This document shows positions 10,464 to 21,900 of a stretch of 64,000 nucleotides of DNA, one piece after another. Below the pieces are notes generated by a model. The model saw nothing but the letters and a program-made list of their open reading frames with translations. It was not told the origin of the DNA and searched no databases. The DNA is from Endomicrobiales bacterium (GTDB lineage Bacteria; Elusimicrobiota; Endomicrobiia; Endomicrobiales; JAFGIL01), in assembly GCA_016929635.1 (NCBI GenBank), contig JAFGIL010000010.1, positions 829-64,828 of the forward strand, in the 5' to 3' direction. Numbering within the stretch: the stretch's first letter is position 1; every line of letters begins with the position of its first letter. A program made the translations under genes and the position numbers.

Positions 10464-11365
10464 CTTGAAAAATCAACCTGTTTCACACCGCGGGGGTGTG
10501 CAACAGGTTTGAAGTTTTTGTGTTCACCTACAGGCAATCCCCTGAAAAAATCCCGGATCCTGTCAGAGACTCCTCTTTGTTTCAAATATTCAACCTTGCA
10601 TGCTTTTATAAACGCTTCATTGTCATGATTCAGTTTCTCTTTAATAACCAGCGGGTGAGTGCCTTTAAAATCCTTAAGATTTCCCAGGTCTGAAAAAAAT
10701 TCTTTTGCTGTCTTATTGCCGCAGTTCTTTTCTATCCAGACATCATCGTGCCAAAACCTGTGGAAAGACTTTATCTTATCCAGCATTAAGTCTGGAGGCC
10801 GCGCCCATCCATAATGATAAATTTCCGCACCGGTTCCCAGGGCTTTTATCTTTTTCCCGTTTTTCCTGAATCCCTGGGCATCTCCGTGGGATTTGATCCC
10901 TCTATTATTGCGTATAACCCTTACTTCATGCTTATACCAATTACGGCCGGCCTGTACAGTATAATAGCTTCCGTAGAAATGTACGAAATCGAAAAATAAC
11001 CCGTCTATATAAGAACGGGGTTCTGCAAATTCCAGAGCTTTCCTGATTTTATCGAATCCCTCCTCATGTAAAAGCTCATCTGCTTGTATGTAAAATATCC
11101 ACTCACAATTACATTTGGACAAAGCCAGATTTGTCTGTTCAGACAAAACCATCCCCCCGTCCCTTTGTTCACTGTTCCACTCAGTGTCAAATATTTTTAT
11201 TTTTGGACTGCCAATATCTGCTATTTCTTTCCTGGTATTGTCCTTGGATTTCCCCACGCAGACAATCATCTCCTCGCAAACAGGCAGAACCGATTTTATT
11301 GATTCTACGAATGGATAACCTAATTTTATACCGTCTTTAATAATCGTACAGCCGCTTAATTTCAT
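10460..11365 (-). CDS. Glycosyltransferase family 2-like; C-terminus encoded by a REP element
   Basis: The likely start is the ATG at 11365 (MKLSGCTIIKDG..., an ATGA overlap with the upstream stop). The last 14 codons (VAHPRGVKQVDFSR) read through the REP hairpin at 10473..10503. Confidence 0.6.
   Translation of the reverse strand: MKLSGCTIIKDGIKLGYPFVESIKSVLPVCEEMIVCVGKSKDNTRKEIADIGSPKIKIFDTEWNSEQRDGGMVLSEQTNLALSKCNCEWIFYIQADELLHEEGFDKIRKALEFAEPRSYIDGLFFDFVHFYGSYYTVQAGRNWYKHEVRVIRNNRGIKSHGDAQGFRKNGKKIKALGTGAEIYHYGWARPPDLMLDKIKSFHRFWHDDVWIEKNCGNKTAKEFFSDLGNLKDFKGTHPLVIKEKLNHDNEAFIKACKVEYLKQRGVSDRIRDFFRGLPVGEHKNFKPVAHPRGVKQVDFSR
10473..10503 (-). repeat. REP hairpin copy (core CACACCGCGGGGGTGTG at 10484..10500)
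   Basis: The same 17-nt core recurs at 39803..39819 (inverted), 40578..40594 and 44603..44619. The stem is CACACC/GGTGTG. Confidence 0.85.
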
Positions 11366-12561
11366 TTTATTTTTCCGTTTTTTACCGCTCCAAAAACCAT
11401 TCCTGTCAGCCAAAACAAATCCATGGCTACCCTGGGGCCATCTAACAGCGTATCAAGAAAATCCCCAATGAAAATTCCTATGATTCCCCATATCAAACCA
11501 ATACATAATGTTCTGGTAAAAACCTCTTCTGATAAATACAATAAACGCAGTTTAGCCAGCATTGAATAGAATATCAAAAATAAAAGTATTCCACCTATTA
11601 AACCAAAATCTGCTAGAAAATTCAAGTAAAATGAATGCAAATGAGGGTGCCTGGAAACGTTCTTTCTGTTATCAGGAAGCTTTTCAAAAAAAGCTTTTTG
11701 CCTTTTTCCCTGCCCGGGCCCAAATCCGAACAAGGGTTTGGATTTCAACTCCCACAAAGCAACCTTATAAAGCGAAACTCTCTCCTGTATACTCCCCTCC
11801 CTGATAGTCGTATTGCGGATTCTTGCCCTGATATCAGGTGATAAAAACTGCAGCACCAATATAGCTAATAAAATCGAGGCGGTGCCTATTATTAACCTGC
11901 GCAAATTTACTTTCCTGTTCATGAAAATAAAAACACTAAAGGCCAGATATGTTAAAAAAGTGGATACATAGTATCCGCGGGAACCGCAAAGAAAAATTGC
12001 TCCGAGGAAAAACAAAGACATGAATAGGAATAACTTCCTTTTTGCACCCGAAAACTCGCTGTTATAAAGGAAGTGCGCCAGGGAAAAAAAGGAAAGCATC
12101 AGGCTAATAGCAGCCAATGCTATATGAGAATGCAAGCCCTTAAGCAGGCCTTCATGCGCCAGGTAAAAATCCTGCCCGATCGTCTTAAAAAACAAACCGA
12201 AGTACGCCAGAACTGAAAGCCCTATTAATACTGAAAAAGTTATATAGTAAACCCAAAACGAACGCCTGACTAAGAGAATATCCCCCAGCGCATAGCCCAG
12301 CATAAAGGGCAGAATCCAATGGCTGAAATATCCCATCATGGTATTGTATCCAATTACAGGTTCGGTGGAAAAAACCGTCCGCAACAAGCCATATATCATA
12401 AATATTTTCAGCCAAAAAAAGAATTTGTCGCTGCGCAGTTTCTTCCAAAAACTCCAGGATAAGAAAAAACCAATTCCGCTGACCGCATAGCCTGCTATGT
12501 GCGTAAAAGGTATGCTGAATGCAAAAATATAGTTTAGTATTTTTATTGTTTTTTCAATCAT
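11362..12561 (-). CDS. O-antigen ligase (WaaL/Wzy_C)-like polytopic membrane protein
   Basis: 399 aa, roughly 10-12 TM helices, GSRGYY and FGFGPGQG loops typical of the O-antigen ligase family. First gene downstream of the promoter at 12658..12686. Confidence 0.7.
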   Translation of the reverse strand: MIEKTIKILNYIFAFSIPFTHIAGYAVSGIGFFLSWSFWKKLRSDKFFFWLKIFMIYGLLRTVFSTEPVIGYNTMMGYFSHWILPFMLGYALGDILLVRRSFWVYYITFSVLIGLSVLAYFGLFFKTIGQDFYLAHEGLLKGLHSHIALAAISLMLSFFSLAHFLYNSEFSGAKRKLFLFMSLFFLGAIFLCGSRGYYVSTFLTYLAFSVFIFMNRKVNLRRLIIGTASILLAILVLQFLSPDIRARIRNTTIREGSIQERVSLYKVALWELKSKPLFGFGPGQGKRQKAFFEKLPDNRKNVSRHPHLHSFYLNFLADFGLIGGILLFLIFYSMLAKLRLLYLSEEVFTRTLCIGLIWGIIGIFIGDFLDTLLDGPRVAMDLFWLTGMVFGAVKNGKIK

Positions 12562-12657
12562 TTAATTATTTCATTAAAACTTAAAAAGAGGACTAAATTC
12601 AAAATACCCAGAACTTAATCCTCTTAATTATTAATACTTATAATTTACATTTTTTTA

Positions 12658-12686
12658 ATTATATATGTTTAATCAGTTTTTGTCAA
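12658..12686 (-). promoter_or_regulatory. Sigma70-type promoter, perfect consensus TTGACA-N17-TATAAT
   Basis: The minus strand reads TTGACA (12686..12681), a 17-nt spacer aaaactgattaaacata, then TATAAT (12663..12658). It lies about 95 nt upstream of the O-antigen-ligase-like start, at the head of the co-directional LPS operon. Confidence 0.55.
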
Positions 12687-12797
12687 GCTTAATGATTCTC
12701 CCCCGCAGTAGAAAAAGCCTGGAGATAGATTGACGAAAGCATATATTAATTAAAGAAAAACGGTTGAAAAAATAAACATATTGTTAACTTCATTTTT

Positions 12798-12867
12798 TAC
12801 GGGCATAAAGCCCCACACTACAAAAATTATTTTTTTATGTAGTGTAGCCCCTTGTGGGCGTAATAAT
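12798..12867. repeat. Pair of inverted ~27-nt GC-hairpin repeat units (family 2)
   Basis: tacGGGCataaaGCCCcacactaca (12798..12822) and tgtagtgtaGCCCcttgtGGGCgtaataat (12838..12867). The same unit type occurs at 54833..54862 and 54894..54919. Confidence 0.75.
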
Positions 12868-12904
12868 GTCAAAATCTCTTTGCCTTGTTATTAATGTATG
12901 ACAA

Positions 12905-12951
12905 GACAAAAAACAACACCGGGTGTTTATCTTGTTTAACACCCGGTGTTG
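12905..12951 (-). terminator. Rho-independent terminator of the 7,833-aa ORF
   Basis: The minus strand reads CAACACCGGGTGTT-aaacaagata-AACACCCGGTGTTG (14-bp perfect stem) followed by TTTTTTGTCTTG. It lies 27 nt after the stop codon. Confidence 0.7.
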
Positions 12952-12977
12952 ATAACTGATTTTGTTGAAAACAAATA

Positions 12978-15900
12978 TTAACCAGCGGCCTCGATTGCCT
13001 GAAGCAATCCCGCCCTTGTCGGCTGCTGAAGGGTTTCAATAATGTTCTGCAGTTCGATTAATGGAATGGTCTCAAAATCCCTCAGATTACTTATCAGGGC
13101 TGCAATTGCATTCCTTTTCCTCCCTGCAATACCATCGTAAACAGCCGGAGGAATTACCCCTGATTCCACGATACTGCCGCAAATACTATCTCTTGCTTCC
13201 ATCTTGAGCCTTCTTGAGTATTTGACGCTAGTATCATACATGCTAAGGTCATCCAGATTTCCTCCGAGTTTATCTCCGTCAAGAGCTAACAGATTAAAGC
13301 ATAATATTACGTATGCCTGTCTGACCTGATCTGTCTCGAAGTTGCGATTCTCCATAGTTACATAACGATGTTCAATCATGCCAAGGCAGATTCCGTGCAG
13401 ATAGTTCATTATATCGGATAAAGTCTCAGACTGTTTTGCTTTATCGTCACTGTTTTCTATAATCTCGAGAAACCTGTTCATATCCTGCTTAAACCTTTTT
13501 TCATCAACCTCAAAACCTTTGCCGAATTTAATTCCTTCTATAGCAGTTCTCAACTCCCTGGCTGTACGGCGTACAGATACCTCATAATCCGAAGGTCTTA
13601 TCACATACATCGAAACAAACTCCATAAGATCCTGGACGGCCTCAACAGAAGGAACGTTTCTTCCGTGGAAATAACGCTGTCCCTGGGCTCTCATTCTTGC
13701 CGGCCTTGTCTTTCTGTCAGGAAGCAGCGCTATTGCCTTGCTGACAGTCTCACCGAACTCCTGAATCGTCACTCTTAAACGCTCAAAGATATCGCTCTCG
13801 GGAATATCAACCCTCATTATTTTTCTCTTTGCATCGACTCCTATGGCGTTATTCAAATACCTCATCAATTCATCTTTTTTAAGCCCTGTTCTTCTTATAT
13901 CTTCCAGAGTTGGAAGCGTAAACTCAACCGATGCGTTCTCATCAACAACCCCGAAGGACTCTCCCAAGGTTTTTGTCTGATGTCTGATTATTCCCAAGTC
14001 ATTCATGCTCTGTGCTATTTCTCCGTCACTGTAAGCTTCTGCATTATAAATAAATAAAGTGACGTATTCTTCCGGAACCGAAGCTTTCTCCTGTTGTCTT
14101 GCTGTTTCATTCTGAACTTGATAATCGTTCAAGAAGACATTAATATCAGTTACCAGAATATCTCCCGATAAATAGACATCTACACCCGTAAACCCAAGAG
14201 CCATTGCGACTTTAATAGAAGAATATAAAGACCTTGCATCCTTATGATCCGAAACAGAAATGCCCAGGCTTATCCCGTCAACCTGCGGCATGCTTCTAAC
14301 CTGCTCAAGCATCCAGAATGTGTAATAGACTCTCATTGCGTTATTTTCATAATCATTGTTATAACTCCTCATTACAGATTCATCATCAATTGTATCATCC
14401 AGTTCTCTCTGCCTCCTTGTAAGAGCCAAAGCCTGATGCTTCACATATGATTTCAGATCATCTGATACTTTCTCAACATAGTTTTCGAATGCGTCTTTTT
14501 GAGCGCCTCTTAAACTGACTCTTTCTGCAAGATACTCTTCATTTATCGACATATCTGCGTTAAACATATCTTTAAACCGTACTTCACCTGCCTGGCCCTG
14601 CCATATGCCTAATGCTTTTTGTGCATAACCATACAACTGGTCAACTGACCTGATTCTTCTTACTCTTCTGTCTGCGCTCATGAGGATGTTCATATCGAAA
14701 TCCATAACAACATCTGATTTTCCCGTGGTAACGGCAGACTGGTTTCTAACCTGGGTTGTCTTAGCTCCAGCATATGTCTCCAGGAATTCTTCGGAAGTCG
14801 CATCTATTGGAACTGTCTGACTAATCCTGTCACTAGCCTTGAGTTGTTTATTTAATGCCTCATTATCCAGCGATGACTGAACGTCTTTTTCCAACCCAGC
14901 ATATAAGCTCAATAAATTAGATAATATCATCCCACCAAACTCGTGTGCTCTCAGTTTTTTCTGCTCTCTGCCATAAGCTTCGAACTCATCTATTCTGGCA
15001 AGGACTTTTTCAATCCTTTTTATACCGGCCATCTTAAACAGCACGGATATGTCCGGAGCAAATGCCTGAATCTCTCTTGCCTCATTTAATAAAGCTTCAA
15101 ATTGCCCTCTTATATCGGAAATTGATCTTTCAACTCTTCCCCAGTTACGGTCTCTTTCCAGTGTGCCAGGTCCAAGTTCTCTGTATAATGACATAGTAAA
15201 TCCTGAGCACCTGGAGTGAGCTGATTTAATCCTTTTAACGAAACCTAATACCTTAGCTCTAAAATCTGCGACAATTTGTTGCGGTGCATATCCGGAAAAA
15301 ACCATTGTGCCCATTACGCCCAAATGGTCTACTGCTTTTTCTATGTCAGGAAACCTGATATCGTTTATTTCAACACGCAATTCACCTGCTATTGCAGGAT
15401 TCATTCCTGTATAAATCGAATCAATGTTTAAGGGCTTTTTCGTCCCTTTTACAGGAAGGCCCAGATCAACAAGTATTTCATTAAAACTCTTTCCGGCTTC
15501 TACGGAGTGTGTTACTATCTGATAGCATAAAACATAGTACAGGTTTTTCATCACACCAAGGTCCGCAAATCTTTCGGATAGTTTATCAGGTACTGCTATG
15601 TGCAGTTTTACTGCAAAAGTGCCGTTTCCTGCGTCTATTGTTTCTGCAAATATCCTGAAGTTCACGGGATTCCCGTCTATTTCCGCGACTATGTACGGTA
15701 CTCTATCTGCACCAGCGGTTAACTCAACAACATCTTCTCTAGCATCCAGTTCAGATTCGGTTGTTACAGCAAACCTTATCCTGTTAATACCTGCTTTTGT
15801 TAAATCTACATCTTGTTCAGTCAGCTTTTCCTCGTTCTCACCGCCATAGGTAAATACTACTGATGTTGTCCTTTCTGCATCAGGGTAATCAGTTCTTATC

Positions 15901-18900
15901 TCGGTATATCTGTCAAACAAATCCATCACCATATTTTTTGCAAGTTTGTGAGGGAAGAAAGTTCTAATCGAATCCTTATATGCATTCCATACAGGCCCGC
16001 TGAGTCTGCTTACAGGGCCTCGTTCAATTATTGAACGCACATCCATTGGGATAATATCCTCATGCCCTAATTCCAGAGCATGGGCAAGCTCGTGTTCAAT
16101 TATTGTGTCCTGCAGCCATTCAGGAAGCCTGGACATTAATTTTTCATTTAAATATATCACATGGCTTATAATAATATTCCCTTCACCTTCCGTAGAACCC
16201 GTCAAAGTTTTTGTCTCTGCTGGCGTTAGAAATCCGAGCCTTTCGGAAGTAGCAGTTACCTCAATATTCGGATTCTTTTCTTTAAGGATTTTTTGAACAC
16301 TTTCTAATTTCGCTTTAAAATGTTCACTTCTATCTTCCGTTTCACCTCTACCCAAGGCTGCGGCCACAACAGGAAATGTCAAAGGCCCGTAAATACCAAC
16401 AACAAATATACCTACTCCAAGGAATCCTCCAACTATCGCTCCGCCAAGGCCTACGGTTAAAAGCGCTATTATTGCTCCTATATTAAAAATGCCTGCCCCG
16501 GCAATAACTCCGACAGTAAGCATTGTTATGACTCCGCTTACTATTCCGCCATAAGCAGCAGCTGTCCAGGTTTTCGCATTACTCAAGCCATACCCTAACT
16601 CGCCAAAAACACTGAATCTCTGGTATGACGCTAGAACAGGAAACGTTAATCTTGTTAAAGCCGGTAAATTAAACGATTGCCCCGCACTTCTTCCGATAAG
16701 CCATAAAAAGAATTTCTGCACCCATCCAAGCCTTTGGTATTCATCCATTCTGTGAAGTTCCATTAACTCCGCATCCAATGCAGCAAGACTTTCGAGTATT
16801 TCTAATTGACGATCTCTGAGCTCATCCATTTCATCTGCGGAAACTGCTAATCTTGGGGCTCCCGGTTTTCTTTCTTTTGCATGTGCCTTAATTACTTCTC
16901 TTGCTTCTGCCAATTCTGACCGGTTTACCTGATGCCCTTTATCTGACATCATCAATCTATTCGCTCTGGATACAATAGCGTTTGCCTCATCCAGTGTCAT
17001 TCCAACAGCGATTTCCGGCACATCTACAACTGACGGCAAAGTTGACGGCACATCCTTTACTATTTGGGCCGGAGTAGCGTGTGTCACTTTGGTTACAGAA
17101 GCGCTAAGGGATCTTCTGGGTTTTATTGTCTTTTTTGGCGCGCTCAGAGCTTCCTGGATATCGCTGAGTTCACCATATAAATTTGCTGCGCGCACATAAA
17201 GCCTTGCGCGTTCTTCCTGTATTGCTAATTGTGCTTGTGTGAGCATACCTTCGCCGGAAGAAGAAACACTTGCAATCTGAGCCCTAACATAAGCTAACCA
17301 TCTCCTGAATTGCTCAGATTTTTCTTCATTCGATAAATTGCTGACTTGCACCATTTCCGGTGACAACATCTTTGCCCGTCCGGGAACTTTACTCTGCCTG
17401 GATGATGTGGTTCCATCGCTAACCTGAGTTATGCGTATATCTCCAAACCATGCCTGGATTTCTTCAGGTGTTGTATCTGCATCGGTTATTAATCCGAATT
17501 CAAAACCAGCCAAATCTGCCCTGTAACGCCACACCCTGTATGCTCCGTCTTGAGCCAAATTTGCCAGTTCAGCACCTCTTACTCCGGAATTATTCTGTAA
17601 TCCCTGATTAGGATTAGATTGGTAACCTTCGGTAAAAATCATAAAGAACCTTACTCCCTGTGTTTCTAGCGCAGATAATCCCTGGTCAACCTGAGCTATA
17701 TTAAGCCCTGCTGAAACCGGTGCAGGTTCAGATTCCGGGATTGGCGTTGACTCAGGCGGTGCTGCAGGTTCAGCTTCTTGCGAAGATTCTTGTGCAGGTT
17801 CAGGTGGAAGCTTTTCTGTTGTCCCTTTTTCTGGGAGTAATTCTTCCTTTGCAACAGCCTTTTTCCCTCCTTCCATCGATGATTCAGGCTGTTCTACAGG
17901 TACTAATGGAGATGCAGGTTCTGCAAGACCAAGCTTGGCTTTCATAGAAGGTGTTAAAATCCAACTATATGATTCAGGATATATATATCCAACTAGAACT
18001 AGAGTTATTAACGCGGGTAGAATCAATAGCACTCCTATAGTTGTAACGAAGGATCCGGATTTACCTGTAACACCTTTTCCATCAGCAGATATACTAAATC
18101 TCTCAAATAACCATTTAGAAGATAATATTGCAAATACCATACCTATTCCAGTAAATATACCAAGAGCTACTATTGAACCTATCAATATTTTTGTAAGCGT
18201 ATTGATAACTCCAGTAGCCTGTGAAATCATACCTATTGAAACTCCCGCAGTTGATAATAATGCAATAATAGCAACAAGACCAATAACTGTTACTAGTAAA
18301 CCTATAAATCCTGCAAAGAGCACCCTGGCAACACCTCTTGATCCTCTTATATTCGATCTGCGCACATACTGACCACCCCTATTCCATTGACCTGGACGAA
18401 ACCATGGATTTCCGGTCCCGTACTCTCTAGTAGATCCACTGCACCATATTAAATAAAATAAAATCACCCCAACTAAAATTACTGGAACAGAACAAACAGC
18501 ACCAACAATGAACCTTTTAAAAGGAGTATCCATGCCAAACGCATTTAAAATGTCTACAATTGGACCCGGATATTCTTCAGAACCTGTTTCTATCTTATCT
18601 TTTGGAGGAACTTCAGCTTTTACTCTTTCTCGTTCATAGTCTATTACTCCCCTTCTCCTCTTTGCAGGTTCGGCTAAGTCTGTATCAGAATCAACACTAA
18701 CTTGAGTTATATTTCTAATTCCTTGAGTTTTGATGATATCAACTATAGCTACTAGGGAATATCCACCTATAAACAGAAATAGAAAGATGGCACCTATAAG
18801 ATGACGTTTTCCTCTAAGCTTTCTGGCAAGCCATGCAAGACCAAGAAAAAACATAAATCCAACTACACCATAGGCCATAAGCTTTCTATGCGTTTCAGAT

Positions 18901-21900
18901 AATTGTGAGAAAAATGATGGATTACGGAGTTTAAAACCAAACTCTACTAAATACTTACCAGAAGAATGTTCATGTAACTTTAATTCTATTAAATACTTAG
19001 GATATGCATTTGGAGAAGTATCTGCACCACGTTTGGCAAAATCTTCGATTATTCTATCAACATCACCTTCATAATACTCACCTTCTTGTCCATCTTTATT
19101 ACCAATAGGTTCAGTATCAGGCAATTCTCCGGTATAATGTATAGTGTTACAATTTAATGCCTGAAAAGTGTTTGAAAGCACTTCTCTTACTTGAGGTAAA
19201 TCATTAACTTCTACAGTATCACCAACATTTATAAGTTCTGGTAATCCCGGTTCTTCTTCCGGCATTTCGGCTGGCGGGACTTCAATATCTACTTCTTTTT
19301 CTCCTTTTTTTTCTATTTCCCCAGTTGTGCCATCTTCTGAAATCGGTATTCCTTGTCTTGTCATACTGTCTTCAGATGAGGAAGGAGTTTCCATAGGAGA
19401 AATCTGAGGCGATGGTTCTTGTTTAGGTACCAGAAGACCTCCGATTATAAGTATACCTACAAGCAAAGCTGTAAGAAACGCCGAAGCAATCAATGTTGCA
19501 CCAACACCAGGCTCACTAGAAGCTGGCCTTTCTGTATTTCGCAGCCATAACTGCACTGTTGGCGGGGCACTATTAATTTTATCAGTAAATTCTACTACAC
19601 CATCTTTTCCCAGCTTGTGTTTATCCACATATTCAAGAAAACTATCATTATAATATTTATGCAAGCCAAAGCTTCCAGCCCCAGCCAGGAGAGTATACAT
19701 TAAGTATATTCCAATTGCTGCTGCTAAACCATAAGAAGCTACAAACGGAATTGCTAATGGAGCAAGAAACAGGGCTAAAAATGGAAAATTAATTAATAAT
19801 CCCAATCTGTAAAATTTCCCTTTCTTTGAATCGTATTCTGCACCAAGCGTGCCCTTATGCCATGTCATAAAAATTGCTGACAATACTACCCAGGAAAATA
19901 ATCCTGTAATTGCAGAAATACCTATCAAAGCAATGGTAGATATACCTAAAGGCAAAACAAAAAGCGCTAAAACACCCAGCAAACCAGCAGGAACTAATGC
20001 AAGAATTGCCAACAATCCTGTTTCTTTAAGAGGAGCAACAGTCCCGATTTCTTTCTTGAATTGTTTCCACGCAGCATCTTTTGCTGTTTGATCAGCACCT
20101 GCACTTTCGTATGCTTGCTGATAGTTTTGCAGACTTTCCTGATAGCTTACTGAACCTGGTAGTCCTGTTCTTCTATCGAGACTTCTTAATACTCCCCCTT
20201 TTCGTTCGATCCTTGCTTGATAAGTATTGACCCAGCGTTCATACACATTAAATATCAATACAACCATACCCTCTCTTAGTGCTTTATCCTGCCTTATATC
20301 TTCCGGGAAGAATTCAAGTATTTCCCGGTTTAATTGCGGCCTTTTCATTAAATTTCTTAAAAGCGCAAGCCTCTCAACATTCGATTTTCCTTCTAAATCA
20401 AGGCCGTAATTTTGGCAAATTAAAAATAGAATCCACTGCCCGAGCCTTTCTCTCAGATGAGCAGCGTTTATATACTCAGCTTCTTCTGGTAAAAATGCTT
20501 TCAATTTATCTTCACTTGTAGTAGCTAATAAAAATCTAACTAAAGGCTGGGCTTTTTCTTTGTTTGTCCTTCCCTTACCTCTCCTTTCTTCATTTTCAAA
20601 TTCCAGTTCCAACTCTTCTTCTATGGTAAGTAAATAAAGCCATTCTATAACATCTTTCAAAAATTGTTCATCCGTTCTTTGTCCAAACTCCTGTATAGCT
20701 TTTATCTCTTTTCTTCCCAATTTTAGCTTGTCAGTCTTTCCTTTAAGCAGTATTTCCAAAACTCCCTGCAAATAATTTATTCCATCAGCAGCTTTAAGTT
20801 TTCCAAATTCAGTTAGAATTCCCCTCTGGAATTGTGAAATCGAAATCAATTGCATCCTATAGCGTGCAACTACTCCCTGTACCTGAGGGACAATATAAGT
20901 GGGCTTTTTTGATAACCTATCTTGTAAAACATCTAGATATACTAATTTATCTGGAATGAGTAATATTTTATCCAGATTTTGCATAACTTGATCTGTATTA
21001 GTAATGTCATAACTTACATATTCCGGCGATAATGGAAACGGATCGGCTGTCAATAACCACTCATTAGGATTGTGTGTAATATTCCATGCGGTATGGGCTA
21101 TGATGTTTGCGAGTTGCTCTACAGTCAGGCCTTTTGCAGCTATTGCGGGGTTTGTAAAGCTCAGCCATTCATCTATTGATGCCAATACTAAATCCGCTAA
21201 ATCTTCAGGATTTAAACCTTCCAGTGCATCGCGCTCCAATTCTGATAAATCATCTCTGTCTTCTATTACAGCTCTTGCTACTCGAATAGCTATTTCACGT
21301 GCATTCTCACTATCCAAAGGTGTTAATTTTCCAAGAAGGTCTCCGGCAATATTCATTGAAGTCTGTATGAATATCATACCGCGTGTAAGCGCGGCTTTAT
21401 CGCTTTTCGGGCTGTGTTTCGATAGAAATGCCTGAAATATCTCACCTTGCTCGCCATTTTGTGCATAGTCTGCCAATGCTGCTGTCACCTCATCAAGCTC
21501 TGCAAGAGGTGCAAAACGTACAGATGCCTCTTTCCTGATTCTTCCAAGCTCTTTTGCATCCAGTTTAGCTGCCTGTTCTTTGGTTACTGTTATCTGTGCC
21601 AGTTTCTTATTGTCTACAATAGCTCTAAACGCTCTAAGAATTGGGTCAGTCTCAGGTTTTAATTCAGGGCTTATTATCTCTAGTCTAACACTACCTTCTT
21701 CATCAATATAAGCCAGATCAATATAAAGCCAATGCCTGCGTCCGGGCAGATTTATCTGCAATTCAATAGGATCTTCAGTGAATAAATTCGCAATTCCTTC
21801 TCTAATCATTGCTTTATCGCTTTCTGTAGGTAAAGGATATTCATTCCTGCCAGCTTGTAGATTGGCGAATTCAAACAATGCTTTAGATAGTTCAAAGACC

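Noticed and set aside
62-12448. Alternative-frame or antisense ORFs over the LPS genes (e.g. 62..280, 472..807, 1077..1397, 3379..3930, 3949..4305, 8818..9015, 8852..9175, 9597..9950, 11005..11190, 12185..12448).
   Set aside because: Each overlaps a minus-strand CDS with strong family motifs, and none has any motif support of its own.
17700-19440. Pro/Glu/Ser-rich stretches (…PPEPAQESSQEAEPAAPPESTPIPESEPAPV…, …EVPPAEMPEEEPGLPE…) as possible separate genes, collagen-like repeats or recombination scars.
   Set aside because: They are in frame within the giant ORF and flanked by TM clusters. They are best read as disordered linkers, and no repeat periodicity is evident.
21070-21435. Plus-strand ORFs 21070..21435 and 28507..28863 encode similar 118-121-aa peptides and look like a paralogous gene pair.
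   Set aside because: They are antisense to copies B and A of the intragenic duplication in the giant ORF. Their similarity only mirrors the sense-strand repeat. They have low-complexity Ser/Ala/Phe-rich composition and no RBS.
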